A DNA stretch of 64,000 bases from Vitrella brassicaformis CCMP3155 (Eukaryota > Protista > Chromerida): contig CDMY01000275.1 in assembly GCA_001179505.1 (NCBI GenBank), positions 62,001 through 126,000 on the forward strand, written 5' to 3'. A model generated the notes under the pieces. That model was not told the DNA's origin. It ran no database searches and saw only the letters and a list, made by a program, of their open reading frames with translations. Position 1 is the stretch's first letter. Each line of letters begins with the position of its first letter. Below, one piece after another: positions 23,084 through 35,145 of this stretch. A program made the position numbers and the translations under genes.

Positions 23084-24335
23084 ATGGTGCTGGCCCTCGA
23101 CGAGTTCTGCCACTACGGTTACCTCTCTGCGGGCCTCTTATATTGGCGTCAGACTTCTGCTGTCTCTGTTGGTTGCGCTGCTGGCCGCCTGTGGCTCGGC
23201 CGCAGCACCGGAGAACACGGGCTTTGTCAAGCTGACCAGTGCAGAGGCCTCGTCGACTATCAGCCAAGAGGAAAACTCGCCACTCAGAGTCAGTCTAGTC
23301 TGCATGACAGACAGACAGGTACACGTGACAGACACACAGACAGACAGACAGACAGTCAATCAGCCACTCATTCACTAATTCAGTCAATCACTCAATCACT
23401 CATTCTCTTGATGTGTGAATGAGTGCAGTCAATTCAGCCGGGGACATCGTACTGGTGTTCGACGGGCGGCCACTCGGAGAGTGAGAAGGTCACCTGGACA
23501 GGCCACCTCGCACAAAAGAGACGAATCAAGGGTACACACACACACAGGGACAGAGAGAGAGAGAGGGGCACACACACACATGATGTATGTGACACTATCA
23601 TGGTGTCAGGTGTGAAGATTCGGTGGGCCTATGGTCCTGGTCGGGTGGAGATCGCCACATCGGTTGACGGCAAGAACTTCGACACGGCGGCGGCGTGGCG
23701 CGAGGAGCCCGTGAGCGAGGAGGCGTGTAAGGAGCACATCATGTTCGCCACGCCCAAATCCGCCAAGGCCGTGCAGATCATCATAAAGGGACCACTGCAG
23801 AACTACTTCGGAATCACCCAGGTGTGTCCACCCACCCATCCAGCGCGTTCACATCTCTATCCTTCTACGCGTGGTTGTTGTCTCTCTGTGTGTATGTTTG
23901 TGCAGGAGTTGAAGAAGGGGGAGGCCGATGCAGGCGACGACAAGACCGCTGCCGAGCTCAAGGAGCGGCTGGAAGTGCTCACCATGACCAGGTCAGTGAG
24001 GCACCACAGACGACCACTCATCATATACCGTCGTGTGTCCATGTTGGTTGTCTCTCTATGCGTATAGGCTTGATGTGACGGCACATCGAGGAGGGCCCAT
24101 TCAGCCGATTGCTTGACCACGACGAATGGTGTGTCAGGGAGGCGATGCCAGCCAGGCACCTTGGTCGCACGCACGCACATGTCTGTCTGTGGCTGCCTCC
24201 CTGCCTGTGTGTCTGTGCTGTGTCTGCAGGTGTGCGTGCAGGGTATGCGAAAGGCTGAAGAATGCGATGCTACAGTGGGAGAGAGGCAGATTGCGACAAG
24301 GACAAGACGTGACGCCAGCACATGGAGAGAGCTAG
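23084..24335 (+). CDS. Secreted discoidin (F5/8 type C)/galactose-binding-like domain protein with coiled-coil tail (start and end approximate)
   Basis: Signal-like LLLSLLVALLAACGSAAA, then SYWCSTGG…VTWTGHL…IKGVKIRWAYGPGRVEIATSVDGKNF…AKAVQIIIKG…YFGITQ. Confidence 0.6.
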
Positions 24336-24480
24336 ATCGGTGTGGTATCCGTTGTCGGCGAGACTCAGCGTGTCTATCCGTGAGGCGTTTGGAGAGGAAG
24401 GCATTGATTGGATTGTGTGTATAATGAGCCGATACAAAAACACACGTGGACAGTCACCGTTCGTGTCTCGTCAATGCATG

Positions 24481-24852
24481 TCACCGTACGCGGAACGGCC
24501 CATGGTAGATGTGTCCGTCCGTTTCAAGCAGACACCCATCCCCCTCCCGCATGTCGCCTCGCCACCCCGACGCTGCAAACCGACCTGCAGCCAGGCCAGT
24601 GCAAACATGAAAACTGACACTGTGTGTGTCCATTCCTTGACTCTCTGGATACCATCTCTGTAGCTGAGAAGGCCGTACCCACTTCTCTGGTTCTGGCCGC
24701 CATCGAACCTCCCAACATACAGGCTGCCATCGACCAGGCTCTCGGCCTGCAGGCCGTCCCTCTCTCGATAGGCATACAATGCCAGGCGTGCCCCCGGATG
24801 AGTCGTGTGCATCGCCATCTCTCCTGAGCCCCTCGCACAGCTCTCTGAAGGC
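24481..24852 (-). CDS. MORN-repeat protein, partial (upstream exons likely in or across the 25161-25460 gap)
   Basis: DGSLYVGRFDGGQNQRSGYGLLSYRDG and GWRGDMREGDGCLLETDGHIYHGPF fit MORN repeats and join in frame across an intron. Confidence 0.6.
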   Translation of the reverse strand, partial: AFRELCEGLRRDGDAHDSSGGTPGIVCLSREGRPAGREPGRWQPVCWEVRWRPEPEKWVRPSQLQRWYPESQGMDTHSVSFHVCTGLAAGRFAASGWRGDMREGDGCLLETDGHIYHGPFRVR

Positions 24853-25160
24853 CTGCATGTGCGTGCACACTGCAATGGGGCTCCAATGCCTCACACCAAT
24901 CTGGGTCTCCAATGTTGAAGTTGTTGTGTGGATAGCAGAGTCCCACAGAGCACGAGCGTTGATAAAATAGCGGCAGAGAGGTCCAACATACACAAGCAGG
25001 CAAGCAAACACGAAGGCGAACACGAAAAGGCACGTGGCCTTGGCGAACTGGGCTATCGGCGACCCACGATGACATGCAGGCTGGCTGGGCTTATCGGCGA
25101 CCCACTTACATGAAGGCAGAGGCAATAAGACGGGCAGCAAAGTCAGTCAACGCTCAAGTG

Positions 25161-25460
25161 NNNNNNNNNNNNNNNNNNNNNNNNNNNNNNNNNNNNNNNN
25201 NNNNNNNNNNNNNNNNNNNNNNNNNNNNNNNNNNNNNNNNNNNNNNNNNNNNNNNNNNNNNNNNNNNNNNNNNNNNNNNNNNNNNNNNNNNNNNNNNNNN
25301 NNNNNNNNNNNNNNNNNNNNNNNNNNNNNNNNNNNNNNNNNNNNNNNNNNNNNNNNNNNNNNNNNNNNNNNNNNNNNNNNNNNNNNNNNNNNNNNNNNNN
25401 NNNNNNNNNNNNNNNNNNNNNNNNNNNNNNNNNNNNNNNNNNNNNNNNNNNNNNNNNNNN
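25161..25460. other. Assembly gap (300 N)
   Basis: Run of n characters. Confidence 1.
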
Positions 25461-26125
25461 GTCCGCCCGTCTTGCTGCACACACGCCCATGTTGAAGTTG
25501 CTGTGTGCCGAACACACACCGTGGTCAGAAGGATCAGACGGAGCCCTCGAATCTCGCCTTAATTTCGCCCTCACGCCAACAGCATCACACAGAGGTCCGC
25601 GTCAGAGTCCACATCATCAAGAGCACGGCAAAGAACAGACAGAGTCCGGGCTATATACAACCGGGAAAACCCTGCTGGTGACGGGCACGCTATCGTCTCC
25701 CAGCGCCAGGGTGGAGATGGCAGGCGCATCTCCCTCCGCTTCAGCAGCACTGCTCTACTCGTACGCTACTGTGCGGCGACAGGCACATCCTCTCTCATCA
25801 GTGGCTCATCAGCAAAGAACTGCGCAAGCAGAGGCAGCGAGGGACGAGAGGAAGAACAGCAAAGAAAAGCCAGGCAGCATCGCAGAGCGTTGGGCAACGG
25901 TCACACAAAACAACGCACACAAAGCTCGCCAACTCAACAGTATCTGCCCACCCGTAGGTGTGCTCGGCTAGGATGCCCATCCGTGCGGCTGATCTGGAGG
26001 GATGCGGCATTGCAGATGACTGCAAACACCAACAAACCAAGAAAGAGCATGATTGCTCCTGATCAAGCGGCTCCTGAGTTTACGATACTGGGGGCCCTGG
26101 GGGTAAGCTAGCGGCTCGTATCGAC

Positions 26126-29100
26126 ATGCGTTCGTCTTCTGCCGAGGAGGAGCTCGCGCCAGCTCTAGAGCGCCCTGAACCTGTTGCTCGACACCCAGGC
26201 AGACTGTCGCCACGCCGCTCACGCACATTTGAAGACTCCAGTGAGAATGTTCCAAGCCCGACATCCAAAGCAGCCACGGCCGCCGGCACGGGCGACAGGC
26301 AGCGGGGTCCTCTCACCATATTTGATCCCTCCCATCCCATGCGGCGGCAGGACTACGCTGCGCTGCCGACCGATGGCACAATGGGCCCGGCCCCGCCGTC
26401 CAAGGCAGAAGTCAACACCCAGCGCTTTATCGATAGCTGCAGGTGCACGGCAAGACAGCTCTGTATCTACGAGTGACTGTTGTCTGTTTGTGTAGGCTTG
26501 AGTATGAGAGCGAGGAGTGGTCGTTCCCTGGATGGGGCTCCCAGTATACGCTGAACACAGGCATCAAGGGCATGTCCTTCTACGAGAGGGATGTGGCGCT
26601 GGGGGAATTGGAGGCCACGGCCATCTGTGGCAACGACATCACCTCAAGCTGTACGCACACAGCCACCCATCATCCACACCATCCAGCTCTGTGTTTATAT
26701 ATATCTCTAGGTTTCTACGCCACCGGTGAGCTGATAAAGGAGAGCGGGATGCTGGCGCCCATCTGCTCGCTATTCGCCGCACTGACTCTGCTGCTCTTCC
26801 GGTTCATCTATGGCGAGGTGGTCATGGCCCTGCCGCTGAATGGTGGCGTGTACAACTGTCTGCTCAACTCGAGCCAGAAGAGCACGGCATCGGTTGCAGC
26901 ATGCCTCACCATCTTGTCATACATAGCCACGGGAGTGGTGAGCGCCGTCAGTGCCGTCAACTACCTGGTCGGTGCTCTTGCGTCGCCCGGTGGCAATGCG
27001 CTCGGGATCGTGCTGGACGAGAGTTTCAACGTGGTGCCCATTGCAATAGCCATTCTCGCCGTGTTCGCCATATTGCAGCTGGTGAGTGGATGATACACAC
27101 ACAGGCACATGTGCAGCCACCCGCACATATGTATTATCCCAATGTCTCAGATTGGTCTGAAGGAGTCGTCGTTCGTGGCCGTGCTTCTCTTCATCGCCCA
27201 CCTGACGGTGCTGGCCGTCCTCACCACATGGGCCATCAGCTTCCTGGTCGCCCACGGCCCGCAGCCGATATGGAACACCATCAAGCACAACTTCGCCGTC
27301 CACATGAAGCTCATCCGTGCCAGATACTTCGTCGACGAGGCCCTGCTCAAGCTGGAGAACGAGGAGGAGGGACTGGGGGGCGGGACACCTGGACAGGTGC
27401 GAAGCGAACGATGCAGTGGTGAAGTCAGTGAGACATCGCTGTTCGGATGTGGGGCTTGGGTGTTTGTGCACACAGTTGGGTGCTGTTGAAGGTCCACTGG
27501 GCACGTGGGGTATGTGGTCTCGCGCGCTGGCCGCCGGCTTTTCGGCAGCCATGCTAGGGACCTCAGGTCAACACACACATACACGCACATAGACACACAG
27601 GCAGCAGAGCGAGTGGATGTCTGATGCAGGATTTGAGACGAGTGCGAATTTTGTGGAGGATCAGAAGGCCGGTGTGTTCCCCCTGACCCTGCGCAACATG
27701 TGGGCGTTGGTGAGTGTCATCAACCCCGTCCTCAGCACACTCACCATCATCATCATGCCACTCGACCACCTCCTCGTCTCGAGTGTTGCCGTAAGCAAAC
27801 AACAAACGCCCGCTCCCGCACCAGTTGTCTCTCTCGTGTGTGTCAGATGCCGCCGATGCCGCTCGGCGGCCCTGGTGGAGGGGAGAGGGCTGGCGAGGTG
27901 GCGGTGACGCTGCGCCTGCTTGCAGAGAGCACGCGGAGCGACACTCCACACAAGAAGGCTTACACATATGCCGTGGCCATGCTCGCTGACAGATGTACGT
28001 CCGTGAACACACACAAATGTGTCACGTGCAGCTCTTTCTTTTTCTCTTTCTCTGTGTGTGTCAGTGGGCGGCCCGTGGCTGCGTCTCGTTATCGCATTTG
28101 ATGCTATGCTGGTTTTGTCGGGATCGGTGCTCACCTCATACGTCGGGGTATACACCCCTACACACACACACACACACGGACTTCTGACATGAGATGTGTG
28201 TGTGTGTGTGTGTGTAGGTGACAGGTTTGATCGACCGTATGGCGTGCGACGGCTGTCTGCCCGAGTGGTTTCTCGAGGTCAACCCATGGCGCGGCACGGC
28301 ACACTGGAGCATACTCTTCTTCTTCGGTCAAACAGACACACACACACACACACACACAACAGACAGACAGACAGACAGGCGGGATGAGTGTCTGTGTCCG
28401 TGCAGCTGTGTGCAGCAGTATGTGTCTGGTGTGCAACGGTGAGATCGACTCGCTGGCGGCCATCTACTCGATCGCCTTCCTCCTCGTCATGTGCCTATTC
28501 GCCGGCGCCGGACTCTACCTCAAGATATCGAGACCGAACCTACAGAGGCCGCAGAGGTCCTGTCAGCCACACATCGAGAGAGATGAACCATATGTGTGTG
28601 ATGTGTTACGTTGTGGTGTCTCACTTTTTGCCTGTGCAGGTACTCTGCGTGGGTGTTTGTGTGGGGTTTCATCCTCGTGGCGATCGCCTTTGTGGCGGTG
28701 CAGCTGGAGCACCCGAGAGAGCTCTCGCTTTTCTTCTTCTACTGGTTCATCGTTGTGGTAAAGAAGCCATAGGAAGCAGACAGCGCGCGAAGGCAGGTGT
28801 GAAAGAGTACGATGGATGGATGCTGTCGTGTGATGTGAACAGGTGTTGGTGATGGCCACATTTTATCGCACAAGAGTCGCAAAGGTCATCATCCAACTGC
28901 TTGGGTAAACAACAGCAACTCGCCAGAAAAAGTCATGCATGCCTTCTCTCTCCTTGACGCCGATCAGTTTTGCCCTCGGCCGCACCGACGTCGCCCACAG
29001 CCGGCATTCTTCCCAGCGTGCGTCCTTCGGCAGCACATCGGCCCTGCTCGACTCGCCCCAGCCTGAGCCCATCACTCCTCCTCCTTCGCCACCGCCACCG

Positions 29101-30617
29101 CCACCGCCCCCGTCGACGTCTCTTCTGTCGTGCATGTATCAGTCGGTCCGGTGCTGCGCCACATGCTTCTACGCGCCAAGATCGGCGCTTGTCACGCTGC
29201 ACGAGTAGGGAAAAGGGAGCGAGTGAGATGGCGGAATGGGGCTGAGTGTATATGATGTGATGCGTCTCTCGGGTTGTTCTTTGCAGCGCCCTTGTGGTGT
29301 ATGTGCAAAAGTGTCGGAGCCGGTCGGTCATCTTCTTTGCAAAGACGGGTGGGTGCGGCCATCTGTGGTGGTGCAATCTGTGGGTGGTCAGTGATTGTGT
29401 TGTTGTTGTTGTTGTTGTGTGTCTTGTCGACAGCTGACTTGGCAGTGCTGAACAAGGCCATCATGTACATCATGGCCAACGAGGAGGCAAGATGGGTCAG
29501 AGTGTGCCACGTAAGCTGATCCACTCACTGCTATCAAACAGCCTTACTGACACGAGACGAAACCTTTTTGCTATTGTTCAGTGCTTTCTTTACACCGAGA
29601 CCGTGCCAAAGTGAGAGCGGCAAGCAACTAGTAGATGAGCATCTGACAGATCCCTCCCTCCCTCCCTCCCTCCATGTGTGTGGTGCAGGAATATGGGCGA
29701 GTATGTCGCCATCCTCGATGCAGTCTATCCAAAGGTGACACGTACAGTGCCGTGCTGCAGGCCTGTATGTCTTTTGCCCAGCATGTGAGTGTGCCTGCGT
29801 TTTCCCTTGTGTGTGTCTCAGATCCGTATCGACTGCGTGTTCGTGAGAGGTCGCTTCGGGCATGACGTCATTACCTTCCTCACACGAGAGGTAGCAATGC
29901 GACTTTTGCTCGCTGGCTGGCTGGCTGTACGATCATGTGCGATTGTTTATTTGCAGCTGGGTGTGACCCCCAACAACATGTTCATCTCATGCCCAACATC
30001 CAACTTCAAGTGAACAACTAACTCTCAGATCGATTGAGCAATGTCTGCCCGTCATGTGCTCCCGCAGGCACCGGCTGGAGTCTCTTGGTGGTGTGCGTGT
30101 CATCCTGGGGAGCGACCCGCATCCCCTGCCGAAATACGCAGATCCTTTCCTCTCCCCCCCACTCCTCAACACCGTCAGAAGAAGACACACCACCATGACC
30201 ACACACGCAGGAGGGCGGCTGTCCACCACCCACTCAGCCCTCACTGACCAGTCGCCCCGCCCAGCCAGAGCCAGATGGGGGGGCATCCCACGCGCACATG
30301 CGGCCTTCGAGAGGCGCGCGCAGTCTGTCGACGTGGGTGGCTGGGGGTCGGGCGGCACGGGAGACATGAGTGGGCGGGCTTCGCGGCAGCAGCCGCAGAT
30401 TCAGAGGAGTGGTTTGGCGGCGATTGCTGAAGGGCAGCAGCAGGGAGAGGAGCCGGCCAGGAGCCGGTCGGTGCCGCCGCAGGAGGGGGAGAGGGGCGTG
30501 GAGGGGACGGATGGGGAGGGGAGCGCTCCTGCTTCTGCCACGGTGTCGCCGAGAGAGGGAGATCCTTTGCTTGACCAAGGGGATGACCAGGGGGCGGTCA
30601 GGCTGCGCATACACTGA
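26126..30617 (+). CDS. APC-superfamily transporter, YdaO/KimA-like branch (AA_permease_2 type), many exons
   Basis: ATAICGNDITSSCFY, YGEVVMALPLNGGVY, LSYIATGVVSAVSA, SGFETSANFVE, multiple TM helices, and cytosolic tail NNMFISCPTSNFKHRLESLGGVRVI. Confidence 0.88.
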
Positions 30618-30773
30618 TGGCAGCGTTATATTTACTGGCTTGGCTGTCTGCGTGCGTTTGAGCAACGAAGTGCTTATTCGCATGCACACATGTATGAGCG
30701 CCTTACGTGCCGGGTGTGTAAGGTAAGTGTGTGACTGGCCTATGTCTCAATGCATGTCTCTGTCTCTGCCAAG

Positions 30774-31993
30774 CTATATGGCCTTAGCTTTCCGTCTCCT
30801 AATCCAGCGGTATACGAGGAATCCGATCAGAAGTGGCAGCGCTATGAGCAGCATGATGGTGCCGACGAACGAGACACGGATGCCACACCTGCCGACCGGC
30901 AGGAGAATATACTCCACGGTGTCTTTGCCCTAACAGAAGACAGCACACACACACACGCACCACACACAATGACTCATCAAGGAAGGATGGGAAGCGGCAT
31001 TTGGATGATCTGACGAAGAGTTCTTGGAGGACGTTGGCTTCCTTGCACTCATGTACTTCCCATATCTTTATGCTTCCAATGAACAGCATGTCGCCGGCTG
31101 CACACACGAACACACCAGCACAGCACAGCACAGCACGCATACACGTCCCAAGGTGAACAGTTTCTCTTCTCGGTTCAATGGTGCTTACGGTCATTGCAGT
31201 GGCAGAACTCGTTATAGAAGAAGAAGCAGTCCTGCTGGTTGAGGGCCGAGCTCACCACGGAGTCAGGCGCCAACCGCTGCTCAATCGGCATACAGTAATG
31301 AACTGGGATTGCACAACCCTGTATGTATGTATGTGACACAGACAGAAAGACACAGAAAGAGAGATAAAAGAGTCAAGATGACCTGCCGCATGACGAGCTC
31401 CCTGACTGACTCCTTCCCTGCCTCTGCCTCCCACCTTCCTGGCATTGTTGTCTGTCGGGTCAGGTGGGCATTTGGGTCTCTTCAACGGTGACAGACAGGG
31501 CAACATCAGGCGACATTTGGGTCTCTTCAACGTTGAGGTCACCCACCTTCTTGGCGTTGAGCACCATCTCATTCTGCAACTTCAGGCGGTGCACGAGGAA
31601 CTCAGCCAAAGCGCACAAGTAGTCGTTCCTGCGAATATGGGACGGCACCCCGCATGTGATGGAAACACTCGGACTCCCCAAAGTGATGTGCTCTGCCTCG
31701 GGAGCCGGGGGTCCCAGCCGCCTTTGCAGAGCGTTGGCGATGCGGTTCACTGCAGAGCGCCTGTTGTCATGCTCAACAGAGGAAGAGGTGACGTTGACGA
31801 GGCCTAGGTGTGAGGCGAGGAGGGCTGGGACGTCGGGGTAGTGGTGTGGATGGCTGCTGCTGCCAGAACCTGATGACAGCCGATGGAGCAGCGATTTCCG
31901 CTGGTGGATGAATTTGTGGTGGATGCAGCAGATGGGGCGGGGAGGGACCAAGAGAAACAGCAACGGCAGCGGCAAGGAAAGGCGGAGCACCAT
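30774..31993 (-). CDS. Type I membrane protein with signal peptide, Cys-containing ectodomain and KxKxx C-terminus; 4 exons
   Basis: MVLRLSLPLPLLFLLV… joined in frame: NAKK|GCAIPVHYC…CHCND|PGDMLFIG…QELF|GKDTVEY…FVGTIMLLIALPLLIGFLVYRWIRRRKAKAI*. Confidence 0.65.
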
Positions 31994-32075
31994 CGTGAGA
32001 CGCCAGACACCCCCAGGCCCCCGCTCGGAAGGTGTAAACTTCAAGTTTTGGTCCTTTAGACAAGGCGGTGCAGCG

Positions 32076-34025
32076 ATGAGGCTTTCTCGGCCGTCGCACC
32101 ACGCTGACAACCACCACCACGATGATCCGAAGAGCCGCCGACAGACCACACACCATGGCTCCCTGCCCACGGTGGTGCTGCTCATCATCGCCACAGTGCT
32201 CACGAGCTTCAACGAGCAGCTGCTGCCGACCTCACTCAAGATCCCGGAAGGATTTGGCGCCGGCGGCAAAGGAGATCTGGTGCCCTTGCTGTCGGCCGCC
32301 ATCGGAATGGTCGTGTGGGGCATCGCGGTGGACCACACGACCATCCCGCTGCAAAGGCTGATAAGCACGGCAACCACGTTGCTCGGGGCGTCGGTGGCAT
32401 TCTTCTCCTTCGCCCAGACGGCATGGTCCTTCGTTACTCTAAGGGTAACAAAAAGAGCCGCACTCAGGTCATGCAGAGGGCCCCTGCTCATGGGTATGTC
32501 GTCTGTGTCCGCAGGTATTGTGCAGTTTCGCATTTGCGAGCGTCGGTCCCATCTGCCAATTTGCGATTCAGCAGACGGTACCTCAAGGCCGCCGGGGGAA
32601 GCTGTTCGGCCTCCTCCATCTCTTCAGCGTTTTCGGGCTACTCTTCGGCGGATGGGCCACCGCATCACTCTCAAGTTTCTTCACGCTGGGACTGCCGGTA
32701 TGGCAGACCGCAACATCTCTATCCTACGGATGGACACGTTCTGCACTCTCTCGCCGTGTGTTCTCTCAGGGCTGGCGTCTCGTCTACGCGATAGTCGGCA
32801 TCATCACGTTCCTCATCGGCCTCGGAATCGATGATGCCTCCACCTTCAGTCGATGGATGCCGTGGGCCATCTCCCACCACGCCCCTGCGCCCCCCTCCTC
32901 AGCAGCTGACACCAACAGCGAGCAGAGCTCAGAGGACACTGAGGTCGCATCGACGATGTGTCCCGGAGACCATGTGGCCGTCGTGACGAGCGGCGGGACC
33001 AATAGCATGAGTGGGAGTGCCAGCCACAGCAGCATGGCGGGGTCCGACATGGGCGTGGGGGAGGTGATGCACCACCACCATCTCCACCAGCACCATGAGC
33101 CTGCGTCGACACTCATGACCATATTCAACCCCACAGTCATCGTCATATTCATCGAGGTCGGGATGGGAGGGAGGGAGGGAGGTGGCAAGCACACAGCACA
33201 CACTCGGTTACTTCCTCTCTCTGCCTGTCTCTGGCTCTCAGGGTCTCTTCTCCTGGGTGCCGGCGACGTCCCTGGTCTTTGCCACCACACTCTTCCAGTA
33301 CAGCCGCGTGTCGGACATCCCGGCATCCTTCATCATCTCCCTATACTTCATTCTCGCGGCTGCCATCTCGCCTCTCGGCGGGTGGGTGTCCGATGCGGCC
33401 TTCGCATGGTCGCCCCCGCACGGCCGCCCTCTCGTGGCGCAGATTTGTGCGGCGGTCAAGGTCCTCATAGCGTATGTGCTGTTTGTGGTGCTGACGGGCG
33501 AGTGGGGTTGGGGCGGGGGCGCATACGTGGGGCAGGCGGGGTGTTTCCTCATGCTGGGCTGTCTCTCGGGATGGCCCCATGTGACCACATTGCGGCCGAT
33601 ACTGACCGATGTGGTGTCACAGAAATGCCACGCGACCGTCTTTGCGGTGGTGAGCAAGACTTGAATTTTTCCCTTCCCTTCCACTGTTCTGTTCTCTCTT
33701 GTAGATATACGCGTGTGGCGCCATTGTGGCGGGACTGTTAGCCGTATCGACGGTGGATGTGCTCAGCCAGCAGTTCTTAGGGTACATCAACACGCCCCTG
33801 CCCATCTCCCGCATGCCGGATGCCCTGCGCCACCACAACCAGCGGGCCCTCGGCTACTCCCTCTTCATCGTCACGGCCGTGCCGTGGATGGTGTCGGTGT
33901 GTTTGCTGTCGCTGCTGCACGTGACGTATGGGCGGGACAGGCAGAAGGCCGACGACCGACAGGTGGCCATACGGGGGGAGGTGGGGGAGAAAACCCCGCT
34001 GGTAGGGGGAGGGGGGCACGTATAA
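32076..34025 (+). CDS. Major facilitator superfamily transporter (Spinster-like)
   Basis: About 12 hydrophobic segments: VVLLIIATVLTSFNEQLLP, RRGKLFGLL, GWRLVYAIVGII, GGWVSD…GRPLVAQI, LRPILTDVV, ALGYSLF. Start may be 31908. Confidence 0.85.
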
Positions 34026-35145
34026 GGGGAGAGAGGGCAGATAGGCTGACATTGATAGTGATGTAGGGGATGGCTGACTAGGAAGGGGCGGAATTAATTA
34101 AGGTGTGTGTACAGGCAGGCGACTGTGTGTTTGTGTCTGCATGTGTGTGTTTGCATGAGAGGGAGGGATCATGACTTCTCGGTGCAGTCCGTGAGACGTG
34201 TTGTTTGCTTAAGTAGAGGATTGATTCTCAATCGCATGAATGCATTCATCTGGTGTCCATTTCCCCGCCGGCCGCCCATGTCCACAGGGCATATATATAT
34301 ATATATACACCACACCCAGTTCCCTTATCGTGACTGTGGCCGGCCAGTGGGTCGCTGACCGCTTTGAGGGCTCTGGCAAGGTAGAATTCTGTGCTTGTGT
34401 CGATGTCGCAGATCTTGGCCAGCCGCTCAATCGCATCGGGAGTGGACGGGGGCAGATACAAATGAGGTGACGCTACGCAAATCGCTCTCACGATCCTCTG
34501 CAAGCAAATAACAAGCATAAAGGGGACGACTGTCTGGGTGTGTGCCGTTCTGTTGGCGTTATTGACCTGATAGGGGTGGCTGGGGCTTGCATGCTCGCTG
34601 AAGGAAGGCATTTTGCTTGTGATACGGGATGGACCTTCTGATGTTCTTGGTCTTGGTGTGATAATACGCCATCTACGCGACCATAGTAACGATGCGAACG
34701 TCTGCGAAACCATTGCATAACTGCGCTGCACTGCATGCTTCGTGTGGCTTGGAACTCAAGCCACCCCTCCGGCTGCGACGCAAGGGCGGCCTCCTCCGCA
34801 ATCCAAAGGAACTTGGGCTCCGCAACAGGGTCGATGCCAATGAGTCTCGCGATCCCTCTCCGTCTTTGCCGATAATCTCAAAGTTGAGAGATCCGTCCCT
34901 CTCGAGGTCTAGTGGGAGGCTCATAGCGCTTCCCAGGCCTCTCTCGCGTAAGTGGGGGAGGGGTGTGGCGAAGGAGCACCGCTCTTCTTGCCCTTCAACT
35001 TTGCTGACAGCGTTGCCATGCTGGAGCTCTCTTACCCATGTTTGAAGCTGCCCCGCACCCTTGCGGCTTAGCTCGCTGGCCCCCAACATGCATGTGATCG
35101 AAGCAACGGAACAGCCGTCAGATAGCCGCCTCTGTTGATACGACG

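Noticed and set aside
25044-25110. Short imperfect direct repeat ctgggc(t)tatcggcgaccca, two copies, next to the gap
   Set aside because: Only two copies beside an assembly gap, with no array or terminal-repeat context.
34169-35089. Possible minus-strand gene between the MFS and CCP genes (…AIERLAKICDIDTSTEFYLARALKA…)
   Set aside because: Parts look protein-like, but I could not build a phase-consistent model, and its start would be only about 56 nt from the CCP start. Needs RNA-seq.
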